Shown piece after piece: positions 1 through 8,149 of a stretch of DNA of 64,000 nt. The notes under the pieces are model-generated. The model had not been told where the DNA came from, searched no databases, and saw only the letters and a list, made by a program, of their open reading frames with translations. The DNA is taken from positions 15,936 through 79,935 of the forward strand of contig DAOKYY010000003.1 of NCBI GenBank assembly GCA_035325905.1. The letters run 5' to 3'. A program made the position numbers and the translations under genes. How positions within the stretch are numbered: position 1 is the stretch's first letter; each line of letters opens with the position of its first letter. The DNA comes from Aggregatilineaceae bacterium (GTDB lineage Bacteria > Chloroflexota > Anaerolineae > Aggregatilineales > Aggregatilineaceae).

Positions 1-996
1 GCGGACGAGCGCCAGCGTCGCATTGGCGACTTCGGCGGCGCGCGCCGCGCCCTCTGCCAGCAGGTTATCGATGTAGGTGTCGTCGCGGGTCAGCTCGCGG
101 TAGCGCGCCTGGATCGGCTCCAGCGTCTCGATGAGAACGGCGGCGACCTCCTTCTTCAGGTCGCCATAGCCGCGCGCCGGGGCGAAATGCGCCTCGATCG
201 CGTCGCGCGACTGCCCGGTGAGCGCCTCATATAGCTCCAGCAGGTTGTTGACGCCAGCGCGCTCCGGGTCGTTTGAGAAAGCGATCTCGCGCCCGGAGTC
301 GGTCACGGCGCGCATGACGGTCTTCCTTACCTTGTCGGGCGGGTCGAGCAGGTGCACCGCGTGATACTCGGAGGTCTCGCTCTTGCTCATTTTGGCCGTC
401 GGGTCGTCAAACGCGCGGATGCGCGCCCCGGCGAGCGGGATCATCGCCTCCGGGATGGTGAACGTTTCGCCAAACAGATGGTTGAAACGCTGCGCCAGGT
501 CGCGCGTGATCTCAAGGTGCTGGCGCTGATCGTCGCCCACTGGTACGGCGTCGGCCTGGTATAGCAGAATGTCAGCCGCCATCAGGACCGGGTACGCCAG
601 CAGCCCAGCGCCGACCGACTCGGCCTGTTGCTTGGCGGATTTATCCTTGAACTGCGTCATACGGTACAGCCAGCCGAGCGGCGTGATGCAGTTCAGCAGC
701 CACGACAGCTCGCTATGGGCGGGCACATGCGACTGCACGAAGATGGTCGAGATTTCGGGGTCGATCCCGCTGGCGAGATAGAGCGCGGCGACCTCGCGAG
801 TCTTGGCGCGCAGCTCGGCGGGGTCGTAGGGAGTCGTGATGGCGTGCAGATCGACGACGCAGAAGAAGCTCTCGAAGCGGTGCTGCTCGCGCGCCCACTG
901 CTTCAGCGCGCCGAGATAGTTTCCGATCGTGAGGTTGCCGGAGGGCTGGACGCCCGAAAGGACGCGCTTGCGGCGCTGGGGACTGCTTTCGCTCAT
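1..996 (-). CDS. trpS: Tryptophan--tRNA ligase; 3' end runs off the window start
   Basis: Absent from the ORF track because there is no stop in the window. Reverse complement from ATG at 994..996 reads MSESSPQRRKRVLSGVQPSGNLTIGNYLGALKQW. KMSKS is encoded near 379..393 and GYGDLKKEV follows. The frame stays open to base 1. Confidence 0.9.
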   Translation of the reverse strand, partial: MSESSPQRRKRVLSGVQPSGNLTIGNYLGALKQWAREQHRFESFFCVVDLHAITTPYDPAELRAKTREVAALYLASGIDPEISTIFVQSHVPAHSELSWLLNCITPLGWLYRMTQFKDKSAKQQAESVGAGLLAYPVLMAADILLYQADAVPVGDDQRQHLEITRDLAQRFNHLFGETFTIPEAMIPLAGARIRAFDDPTAKMSKSETSEYHAVHLLDPPDKVRKTVMRAVTDSGREIAFSNDPERAGVNNLLELYEALTGQSRDAIEAHFAPARGYGDLKKEVAAVLIETLEPIQARYRELTRDDTYIDNLLAEGAARAAEVANATLALVR

Positions 997-1069
997 CTGG
1001 CCGATGTCCTGATTCGTGATGGGGCGCGTCCGTCCGCCGGGCGCGCGACGCGGGTGCATGGCAGAAGGG

Positions 1070-1098
1070 ATTGTAACATCGGCAGGGAGCGCGATCAA
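1070..1098 (-). promoter_or_regulatory. Candidate sigma70-type promoter for trpS (TTGATC-17-TACAAT)
   Basis: On the minus strand, TTGATC is at 1093..1098 and TACAAT at 1070..1075, with a 17-nt spacer. It lies about 75 nt upstream of the trpS ATG. Confidence 0.5.
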
Positions 1099-1122
1099 CC
1101 GCTACGCGAAGCGGTTGGGCTA

Positions 1123-1195
1123 TGCCGCCGGCAGGACTCGAACCCGCGACGCCTAGTTCCGAAGACTAGCGCTCTGTCCACTGAGCTACGGCGGC
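1123..1195 (-). tRNA. tRNA-Arg (anticodon TCG)
   Basis: Reverse complement GCCGCCGTAGCTCAGTGGACAGAGCGCTAGTCTTCGGAACTAGGCGTCGCGGGTTCGAGTCCTGCCGGCGGCA folds as a cloverleaf. It has a 7-bp acceptor stem, GCTC/GAGC D stem, CTAGT/ACTAG anticodon stem, CTTCGGA loop and a TTCGAGT T loop. Confidence 0.9.
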
Positions 1196-1239
1196 TGATG
1201 GGCACGATGTTACCACCGCCGCCCGCGCCGGGCAACCGT

Positions 1240-2040
1240 CTACCAGACAGCGCCAGGAAACGTCTCGATCTGCGCCCGCTCGCCGACGCGCTTGTACATC
1301 TGCACGTCGGTAAAGGGGAAATCTAGAATACCGTCATGAATGGCCCAGGACCGCCCGGAGATGCTCTTCCAGGCGTCGGGCGCGCGGAAGGGCGTCTCGC
1401 CTGTCAGGCGCGCGTGCAGCGCCCCGCCGGGCTGAAACTCGGCATGGATCGCTTCCATCAGCCGCAGCCCGCGCGAATAGGCGAAGCCAAACCGCTCGAA
1501 GATGATCGCGTTGTGATAAAACAACGGCTCGATGAAAAACATCGTATGACCCATCTTCTTGACGAACAGCTCGAAGGTAGGAATGCCGGTGCGGAAGACG
1601 CGCAGCCCGCGCCGGACTTGCCCCGGCGCGAGTCCGGCGCGCAGCGCGCGGATTTCCTCCGGGATGTTGCGCCCGGCCGTGCCAAGCTGCGTGGACAGGC
1701 CGTTCTCATCGCGGTCGACGTCAAAGCGCGGCGCGTGGGGGTCATTGACCACGGCCAGCAAGACGGCAAGCTGGTTGTTCAATGTGTCAGCCAGGTGCAG
1801 ATACAACACCGGGTCGAGGGCATCTGGCCGATGGCGCACCGCGAGTTCAACCGCGTGGCCGCCGGGCGGGCAGCGGAATTCGATCACCGGGCGCCCGTCC
1901 ACCGTCAGCGTATCGGGGTCGATGTCGAATTGGGCGAAGACCCAGTCCGGGATCAGCGTGCGGTAGATCGCGCGCTTTTCAGGCATGGGCAAGTCGTTGA
2001 TGGCGCGGATCGAGTCCGGCCAGGGCGCGGGCTGATGCAC
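1240..2040 (-). CDS. Hypothetical protein (266 aa), no recognisable motif
   Basis: Long ORF directly downstream of smpB on the same strand. GTG start at 2040, with an alternative ATG at 1986. The competing plus-strand ORF 1336..2064 is Arg/Gly-rich shadow-like sequence. Confidence 0.6.
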   Translation of the reverse strand: MHQPAPWPDSIRAINDLPMPEKRAIYRTLIPDWVFAQFDIDPDTLTVDGRPVIEFRCPPGGHAVELAVRHRPDALDPVLYLHLADTLNNQLAVLLAVVNDPHAPRFDVDRDENGLSTQLGTAGRNIPEEIRALRAGLAPGQVRRGLRVFRTGIPTFELFVKKMGHTMFFIEPLFYHNAIIFERFGFAYSRGLRLMEAIHAEFQPGGALHARLTGETPFRAPDAWKSISGRSWAIHDGILDFPFTDVQMYKRVGERAQIETFPGAVW

Positions 2041-2060
2041 CGTCTCGGTCCCCGTGCGGC

Positions 2061-2522
2061 TTAGCGCTCGCGGTCGCGCAGCGATCGCTCGATCTGGCGC
2101 TGGGTGTCGCGCTCGCGCAGCGATTCGCGCTTGTCGTACTGCTTCTTGCCGCGCGCGACGGCGATCTCCACTTTGGCGATGCCCTTGGTCAGGTACATCA
2201 TCAGCGGGATGATCGTCAGCCCTTTCTCCTGCACGCGGCTGAGCAGGCGGTCGATCTCGCGCCGGTGCAGCAGCAGCTTGCGCGGGCGGAGCGGCTCGTG
2301 CCCGTAAATCCCGGCCTGCTCGTAGCTCGCGATATGCGCGTTAACCAGCCATAGCTCACCGTCTCGCGCCTGGACGTAGCTCTCGCGCAGGTTCACGGAC
2401 CCGGCGCGGATCGATTTGATCTCGGACCCCATCAGCGCGATTCCGGCTTCGAACGTGTCCAGGATTTCGTAGTCGTGTCGCGCCTTGCGGTTGGTGGTGA
2501 CGATCTTGCGTCCTTCGGCCAT
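2061..2522 (-). CDS. smpB: SsrA-binding protein SmpB
   Basis: NRKARHDYEILDTFEAGIALMGSEIKSIRAG and LLLHRREIDRL are typical of SmpB. I prefer the ATG at 2520..2522 (MAEGRK). The ORF-track GTG at 2564 would overlap the upstream peptidase stop (GTGA). Confidence 0.9.
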   Translation of the reverse strand: MAEGRKIVTTNRKARHDYEILDTFEAGIALMGSEIKSIRAGSVNLRESYVQARDGELWLVNAHIASYEQAGIYGHEPLRPRKLLLHRREIDRLLSRVQEKGLTIIPLMMYLTKGIAKVEIAVARGKKQYDKRESLRERDTQRQIERSLRDRER

Positions 2523-2560
2523 GTTTTCGTCTCTTGTGTGCTTTCGTGTGTTCTCGTATG

Positions 2561-3802
2561 TCACCTGGTCTGGCCGGCGCTTTCAGCGTCCGGCAGAAGC
2601 TCGTCGCGCACGTACTCCAGCGCGCGATCGAGCACAGGGTCTTCGCCCGGCTCGACATCCGCCGGAGGCTCGATTTCCACATCTGGCGCCAGCCCTTCGC
2701 CCTGAATCGCACTGTCCGCCGGGGTGAACCACAGCGCGAAGGTGACATGCACCTGCGCCTCGTCGGCCAGGGTGTGGACGTGCTGGACCGACCCCTTGCC
2801 ATAGGTGGTCTGGCCGAGCAGCGTGGCGCGGTCGCGGTCGCGCAGCGCCCCTGCGACCACCTCGGACGCGCTGGCGCTCCCCGCGTTGACCAGCACGACC
2901 AGCGGGATGTCCTCGCCAATATCCCCGTCATCCGAGCGGTAGACGGTCTCGCGCCCGCTGCGCGTTCGCTGCTGGACGACCACGCCCTCGCCCAGAAACA
3001 GGTCGCTGACGCCGACCGCTTGATCCAGCAAGCCGCCGGGGTTATCGCGCAGATCGAGCACAAACGCCGCCGCGCCGCGCTCAAGCTGGTCGCGCAGGGC
3101 TTCTTCGAGCAGCGCGGTCGCGTTGCTGTTGAAGCTGAACAGCCGCGCGTAGCCGATCTCGCCGATCAGCCGCGCGTCCACGGTGGGAAGCTCCACCCGG
3201 ACACGCGTCAACGTCACCTCAAACAGCCGATTCTCGGACGGTCGGAATACGGTCAGCGTCACGTCAGTGCCAATCTCGCCGCGCAGCAGCCCGACCGCCT
3301 CGCCGACCGACATGCCTTCCAGCGAGCGCCCATCCACCTCGCGGATTTGGTCCTGCGGCAGCAGCCCGGCCTCTGAAGCGGGAAAGCCGGTGTACGGGCT
3401 GATGATGACCAGGTTCCCATCGGCGTTAAGCGCCACGTCCGCGCCGATCCCGCCAAACTCACCGGCGGTCTGCTGGCGGTCGTACACTGCCTCGGCGGGC
3501 GGGACGTAGAATGTATACGGATCGCCGGTCGCGCGCAGCAGGCCCTGGATGGCGCTCTGGATTAGCGCCTCTTTGGGCGGCGCGCCGTAGTAATACTCGC
3601 GGTCGAGAATGTCCCAGCTTTGCCAGAAGGTCTGAAACGCCTCGTCGTTGTGCGGTGAGTCGGTCGCGCTGGCGAACAGCATCCCGCCGGTGAACGCGAC
3701 CGCCGCAACCAGCGTCAGCAGCGCGACGCCGCGCGCAATTCCCGCGCGGCGAGCCGGGGGCGAGAACGGGGTAGGGGCGCCGCGCGGCACGTCCATGCTC
3801 AT
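2561..3802 (-). CDS. S41-family C-terminal processing peptidase (PDZ-containing)
   Basis: NPGGLLDQAV, GSASASEVVAGALRD (Ser nucleophile) and TYGKGSVQ (Lys) motifs. N-terminal membrane anchor. Confidence 0.85.
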   Translation of the reverse strand: MSMDVPRGAPTPFSPPARRAGIARGVALLTLVAAVAFTGGMLFASATDSPHNDEAFQTFWQSWDILDREYYYGAPPKEALIQSAIQGLLRATGDPYTFYVPPAEAVYDRQQTAGEFGGIGADVALNADGNLVIISPYTGFPASEAGLLPQDQIREVDGRSLEGMSVGEAVGLLRGEIGTDVTLTVFRPSENRLFEVTLTRVRVELPTVDARLIGEIGYARLFSFNSNATALLEEALRDQLERGAAAFVLDLRDNPGGLLDQAVGVSDLFLGEGVVVQQRTRSGRETVYRSDDGDIGEDIPLVVLVNAGSASASEVVAGALRDRDRATLLGQTTYGKGSVQHVHTLADEAQVHVTFALWFTPADSAIQGEGLAPDVEIEPPADVEPGEDPVLDRALEYVRDELLPDAESAGQTR

Positions 3803-3805
3803 GCC

Positions 3806-5038
3806 CTAGCCATCCTCTCGCGGCGCGGCGGCCTGGGCGCCCACGATCTGGCGCAATTGGCGGACGGCCTCGCCTAGCTCGACATCGCGCCCGGATTCGT
3901 CCGGTATCATGGCGATGGTCGGCTCCAGCCCGTTGCCTTCGAGCGGCGTCCGGTCGGGCGTGTACCATTCCGCCGAGGTGATATGCACCGAGGAGCCATC
4001 CGACAGGCGGAAGATCAGCTGCACCGAGCCTTTGCCGTAGGTGCGCTGGCCGACCAGGATGCCGCGCTCGCGATCGCGGATCGCCCCGGCGACCAGCTCG
4101 GCGGCGCTGGCCGTCCCGGCGTCAACCAGCACGACCAGCGGCTGCTCGGTCCATGCCCCGCCGGGGGTTGCGTTGGTCGCCGTCTCGCCGCCGCGTCGCA
4201 CCTCGTAGAACACCACGCCGCCGTCGAGAAACTCCGAGGCGACCTGGACCGATTCTTGCAACAGCCCGCCGCTGTTGCCGCGCAGGTCGAGCACCAGCGC
4301 CTCGGCGCCCTGGCTCTTGAGGTCTTCGATCGCGGCGCGCAGCTCGTCCGGCGTGCGGCTGGTGAAGCGAATGACCTGCGCGTAACCGAAGGTGTCTTCC
4401 TCGGCCAGTATACGCCAGACGACCGATGGCACCTGCACCACCTCGAACTCGATGAACACGTCCCGTGTCTCGGTGGCGTCCGGTTCACGGATCGTGATCG
4501 TCACCCCGCGTCCTTCACCGACTTCGCCGCGCAGCATCCCGTCGATCACGTCGATACGCTCGCCGGGGGCCAGCGGCGCGCCATTGACCGCGATCAGGAC
4601 TGCGCCGTTCTCTACCCCGGCGCGCGCGGCCGGCCCCTCTGGGAATGGGTAGAGCACGATATCGCCCTGCTCGTTGCGCTGGACCTGCACGCCGATGCCG
4701 CCATATTCTCCGGCCAGCACGTCGGACTCGCTCTGCGCGACCGGGGGATCGATGAAGAACGTGTACGGGTCTTTCAGCTCGGAGAGATAGCCGCGCACCG
4801 CCGCGTATTCCATCGCCTGATCATCCGGCAGCGGCCGCAGGTAGTTCGTTTCAAGCAGTCCCTTGACCTGCGCCAGCAGCGGGAACGCCTCGCCTTCTTC
4901 GTCCGCGTTGGCGGCGACCGGCATCCACGCGCGCAGCAGGAACCCGGCGACGAAGACGCCGCTCAGCACCAGCCCGGCCAGCATCCCTCGCGCGGTAGCG
5001 CGGGCCAGCCGCGATCTACGACTGCGGTTTGCGCCCAT
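3806..5038 (-). CDS. S41-family C-terminal processing peptidase, tandem paralogue
   Basis: NSGGLLQESV, GTASAAELVAGAIRD and TYGKGSVQ motifs. N-terminal TM segment. Its stop is 3 nt before the start of the next S41 gene. Confidence 0.85.
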   Translation of the reverse strand: MGANRSRRSRLARATARGMLAGLVLSGVFVAGFLLRAWMPVAANADEEGEAFPLLAQVKGLLETNYLRPLPDDQAMEYAAVRGYLSELKDPYTFFIDPPVAQSESDVLAGEYGGIGVQVQRNEQGDIVLYPFPEGPAARAGVENGAVLIAVNGAPLAPGERIDVIDGMLRGEVGEGRGVTITIREPDATETRDVFIEFEVVQVPSVVWRILAEEDTFGYAQVIRFTSRTPDELRAAIEDLKSQGAEALVLDLRGNSGGLLQESVQVASEFLDGGVVFYEVRRGGETATNATPGGAWTEQPLVVLVDAGTASAAELVAGAIRDRERGILVGQRTYGKGSVQLIFRLSDGSSVHITSAEWYTPDRTPLEGNGLEPTIAMIPDESGRDVELGEAVRQLRQIVGAQAAAPREDG

Positions 5039-5185
5039 TCAGCGTATCCTTCGTGTGTTTGCGACGAATGCGCATTCTAGCACATCCCACACCAGAATTT
5101 TAGCGTCTTTAGTTTCGCGAACCCCGATCTCAGTTTATGATTCCAGTTGTAGAGTCGCCGTATTGGGGTCGCAGGGGGCGTCAGG

Positions 5186-6811
5186 ATGGCCGAGCGCAAG
5201 CCTTTGGTGCTGATCGCGGACGACGAGCAAAACGCGGTTGTGCTGCTGACGCGCATCTTCGAGCGCGACGGCTTCGTCGTCGAGAACGCGCGCGACGGGG
5301 AGATCGCGCTGGAAAAAGCGCGCCGCCTGCGGCCTGATCTCATCCTGATGGATGTGCAAATGCCGAAAGTCAACGGGTTCGAGGTGACGCGGCAACTGCG
5401 CGAGGACCCGGCGACGGCGCGCATCCCGGTGATCTTCGTCACCGCCGCCGCGCGCGAGCCTTCCGACGTGGCGCATGGCCTGAAGCTCGGCGCCGACGAC
5501 TACATCCGCAAGCCGTACAACTATCACGAGCTGCTGGCGCGGGCGCAGAGCAAGATGCGGGCGCGCCAGCTTGAGGACCGGCTTCAGCGCCGCAGCGAGG
5601 AGCTTGAGGCGCTGGTTCGCATTGGGGGCGTGCTGAACCAGCAGCTTGAGCTGGAAGACCTGGCGACGCTGATTCTACAGATTGCCAGCCAGGAGTTTCA
5701 CGCCGCGTTCGCCGAGCTGGTGCTGTTCGACCCGCAGGGCGCGCCTATTCTGTTGTGCAACAGCCGGCAGGGAATGGTCGATCCCGACGAGGCGCTGGCG
5801 ATGCTGGACGATCCCGGATCGCTCGTCGCGCAGGTATACCGCTCCGGCGAGCCGCTGCTGATTCCGGGTCCCGGCGCGCCTAACCGCGACGGCCTCTCGC
5901 CGGCGATGGCCGCGCCGCTCAAACATCACGGCAAGCTGCTTGGCACGCTGAGCGTCGGCCTGGAATCGGAGCGCCGGTTGAGCGAGTCCGACCTGCGGAT
6001 GCTGCGCTCGATGGGCGAGCAGGCGGCGCTGGCCGTCCGTAACGCGCAGCTTTACGCCGAGCTACAGAGCTACGCGCAGACGCTTGAGGACAAGGTCGAG
6101 CGCCGGTCGCAGGAGCTACAGGCGGCGCAGGCGGAGCTGATCCGCGCCGAGAAGCTCGCGGCGCTGGGGCGGATGGCGGCAGGGATCGCGCACGAGGTCA
6201 ACAACCCGCTGCAACCCATTCTGAACTGCCTCGAAGTGGCGATCGAGGATACCGAGAACGGGACCCAGCCCGACCCGGAGATTCTGCGGGTGGCCGAGAA
6301 CGAAGTGCAGCGCATCAAGTCGATCGTGTCGCGCCTGCTCGATTTTGCGCGGCCCGGCAACACCGACCAGTCATTGGTCGATCTGCCGGCGCTGGTCGGT
6401 GAGGTTCTGCTGTTGACGTCCAAGCAACTGGAGCGCGCCGGGGTTCGCATCGCGCAACGGTTGTACGCAGCGCCGATGATCCCCGGCAGCCCAACGCAGC
6501 TCAAGCAGGTGCTGCTCAACCTTGTGCTGAACGCGATGGAAGCCATGCCGGACGGAGGCGATCTTGAGGTGATGCTTTACGCGGAAAACGGCGGCGCGGT
6601 GATCAGCGTGCGCGATACGGGGATCGGGATGGACGCTGAGACGGTCGCGCAGATCTTCGACCCGTTCTATTCGACCAAAGGGGAAGGGACCGGCCTGGGG
6701 CTGGCCGTGACCTACGGCATCGTCGAAGGGCACGGCGGCACGATTCAGGTCGAGAGCCAGCCGGGCCAGGGCGCACGCTTCACGATCTGGCTGCCCGGCG
6801 CGAGCAGCTAG
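5186..6811 (+). CDS. Hybrid signalling protein: receiver (REC) - GAF - histidine kinase
   Basis: N-terminal LVLIADDE...DLILMDVQMP receiver. H-box AAGIAHEVNNPLQ. HATPase N/G boxes LNLVLNAMEA and GTGLGLAV. No TM segment. Confidence 0.85.
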   Translation: MAERKPLVLIADDEQNAVVLLTRIFERDGFVVENARDGEIALEKARRLRPDLILMDVQMPKVNGFEVTRQLREDPATARIPVIFVTAAAREPSDVAHGLKLGADDYIRKPYNYHELLARAQSKMRARQLEDRLQRRSEELEALVRIGGVLNQQLELEDLATLILQIASQEFHAAFAELVLFDPQGAPILLCNSRQGMVDPDEALAMLDDPGSLVAQVYRSGEPLLIPGPGAPNRDGLSPAMAAPLKHHGKLLGTLSVGLESERRLSESDLRMLRSMGEQAALAVRNAQLYAELQSYAQTLEDKVERRSQELQAAQAELIRAEKLAALGRMAAGIAHEVNNPLQPILNCLEVAIEDTENGTQPDPEILRVAENEVQRIKSIVSRLLDFARPGNTDQSLVDLPALVGEVLLLTSKQLERAGVRIAQRLYAAPMIPGSPTQLKQVLLNLVLNAMEAMPDGGDLEVMLYAENGGAVISVRDTGIGMDAETVAQIFDPFYSTKGEGTGLGLAVTYGIVEGHGGTIQVESQPGQGARFTIWLPGASS

Positions 6812-6839
6812 CCGCGCCGGGCGGTCGCTCGACCGTCGA

Positions 6840-7991
6840 TCAGTCCCAGCGCGACTGGAACTCCGGCCAGCGCGGGTCGCCCGGCTGGAGTCCAGCGTAA
6901 TTCGCAGCGTCGCTGACCGGCGCGGCGGCGCGATAGAGCGTGTCCGCCGGGTCGCTGTCGCAGCGCGTGATGTTGACCCCGACGGCGCGAACGGCTTCCT
7001 GCCCTTGCAGCCCCACCGCTTGCTGCGCCGCGATCTGCATCATCTGCTCGATCAGTTGCGGCAGCGCGGGGGTAGGGCGCGCGCACGCCTGGACAAAGAG
7101 CGCCGGGCCGTGGGTGCTGTTCGCGAGGACGATCTGCGGGGTTCTCGCTTCCGCTGGCAGAGCCGCGACCTGAAGCTGATCGGTCGCCGCCTGGATCACT
7201 GCCGCCTGGTCAACGCCCAGGTCCACCGCGCTCAGACCGGCGAGGTCCTTCGCTTTCGGCTCCAGCGCGGGCAGCAGCGCCCAGACCAGCGCGACAACCA
7301 TCACGGCGACCAGGAGCAAGCCCACCAGCGCGCCCAGGATGCGACTGCCGCGCCCCTGCTGGCGCGCCGCCCGTTCTTCGGCGGCGGCCCGCGCTTCGGC
7401 GTCGAACGGCTCTGGCTCCTCAAACGTGACGACGCGGGCTGGCTCGCGCCGCTCAGGCGCAACCGGGGTCTCGGCGATGTCCAGCGCGAAGGGGTCTTCG
7501 TCCAGCGTGGCGAAGGGGTCTTCGCCCATTTCAAACAGCTCTTCGTCGAGATCAATCTCGTCGAAGCTGCCCAGCGCGAACGGGTCGTCAAACGCTTCTT
7601 CAGAGAACGGTTGCGCGCTGGCGACCGGCTCCGGGAAGGACTCATTCAGCTCGATCCCGAACAACTCCTCTTCTTCGGGCAGCTCGACGGCGGCGGGACG
7701 TAGTTCCGGGAAGCGATCCAGCTCGTCCGGCGCCGGTGGGAACTGCTCGTTGAGCTTGTCGAGCATCTCGCGGGCCTTCGGCGCGTTGGCGTAGCCCGGA
7801 TCGAGCCGCAGCACCTGGATCAACGCCTCGCGCGCCTCAGCAGGCTCGACCGCCGCGTTCGCCAGCAACCACCACGCATCCACGTTTTCCGGCTCATTGA
7901 CGACAATCGGCCGCAACAGCGCCAGCGCCTCGTCGATTTGCTCCTGCTTGATCAGCGCGTAGGCTCGCCGCAGCTCTTCGTATGTGCTCAT
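6840..7991 (-). CDS. TPR-repeat membrane protein (N-terminal TPR, acidic linker, one TM, C-terminal extracytoplasmic domain)
   Basis: N-terminal TPR-like helices (YALIKQEQIDEALALLRPIV...DAWWLLANA). Asp/Glu-rich linker. TM segment ILGALVGLLLVAVMVVALVWALL. Confidence 0.7.
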   Translation of the reverse strand: MSTYEELRRAYALIKQEQIDEALALLRPIVVNEPENVDAWWLLANAAVEPAEAREALIQVLRLDPGYANAPKAREMLDKLNEQFPPAPDELDRFPELRPAAVELPEEEELFGIELNESFPEPVASAQPFSEEAFDDPFALGSFDEIDLDEELFEMGEDPFATLDEDPFALDIAETPVAPERREPARVVTFEEPEPFDAEARAAAEERAARQQGRGSRILGALVGLLLVAVMVVALVWALLPALEPKAKDLAGLSAVDLGVDQAAVIQAATDQLQVAALPAEARTPQIVLANSTHGPALFVQACARPTPALPQLIEQMMQIAAQQAVGLQGQEAVRAVGVNITRCDSDPADTLYRAAAPVSDAANYAGLQPGDPRWPEFQSRWD

Positions 7992-8149
7992 CGTGCCCCT
8001 CCGTCGGACGCCGGTTCCGCCGCGTGTCTGTTTTCGTGTCGTCTTTATGGTTCCTGCATAATCAATACCTGCATTATAGCCGGACCGGACCGGCCCGCAA
8101 ACAGCCCCGGTCGCTAATTCACACGGCTCGATTATAATGAAGGCCGTAA

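Noticed and set aside
997-1122. T-box leader upstream of trpS
   Set aside because: With the predicted promoter the leader is only about 70 nt. It lacks a T-box sequence and specifier-loop architecture.
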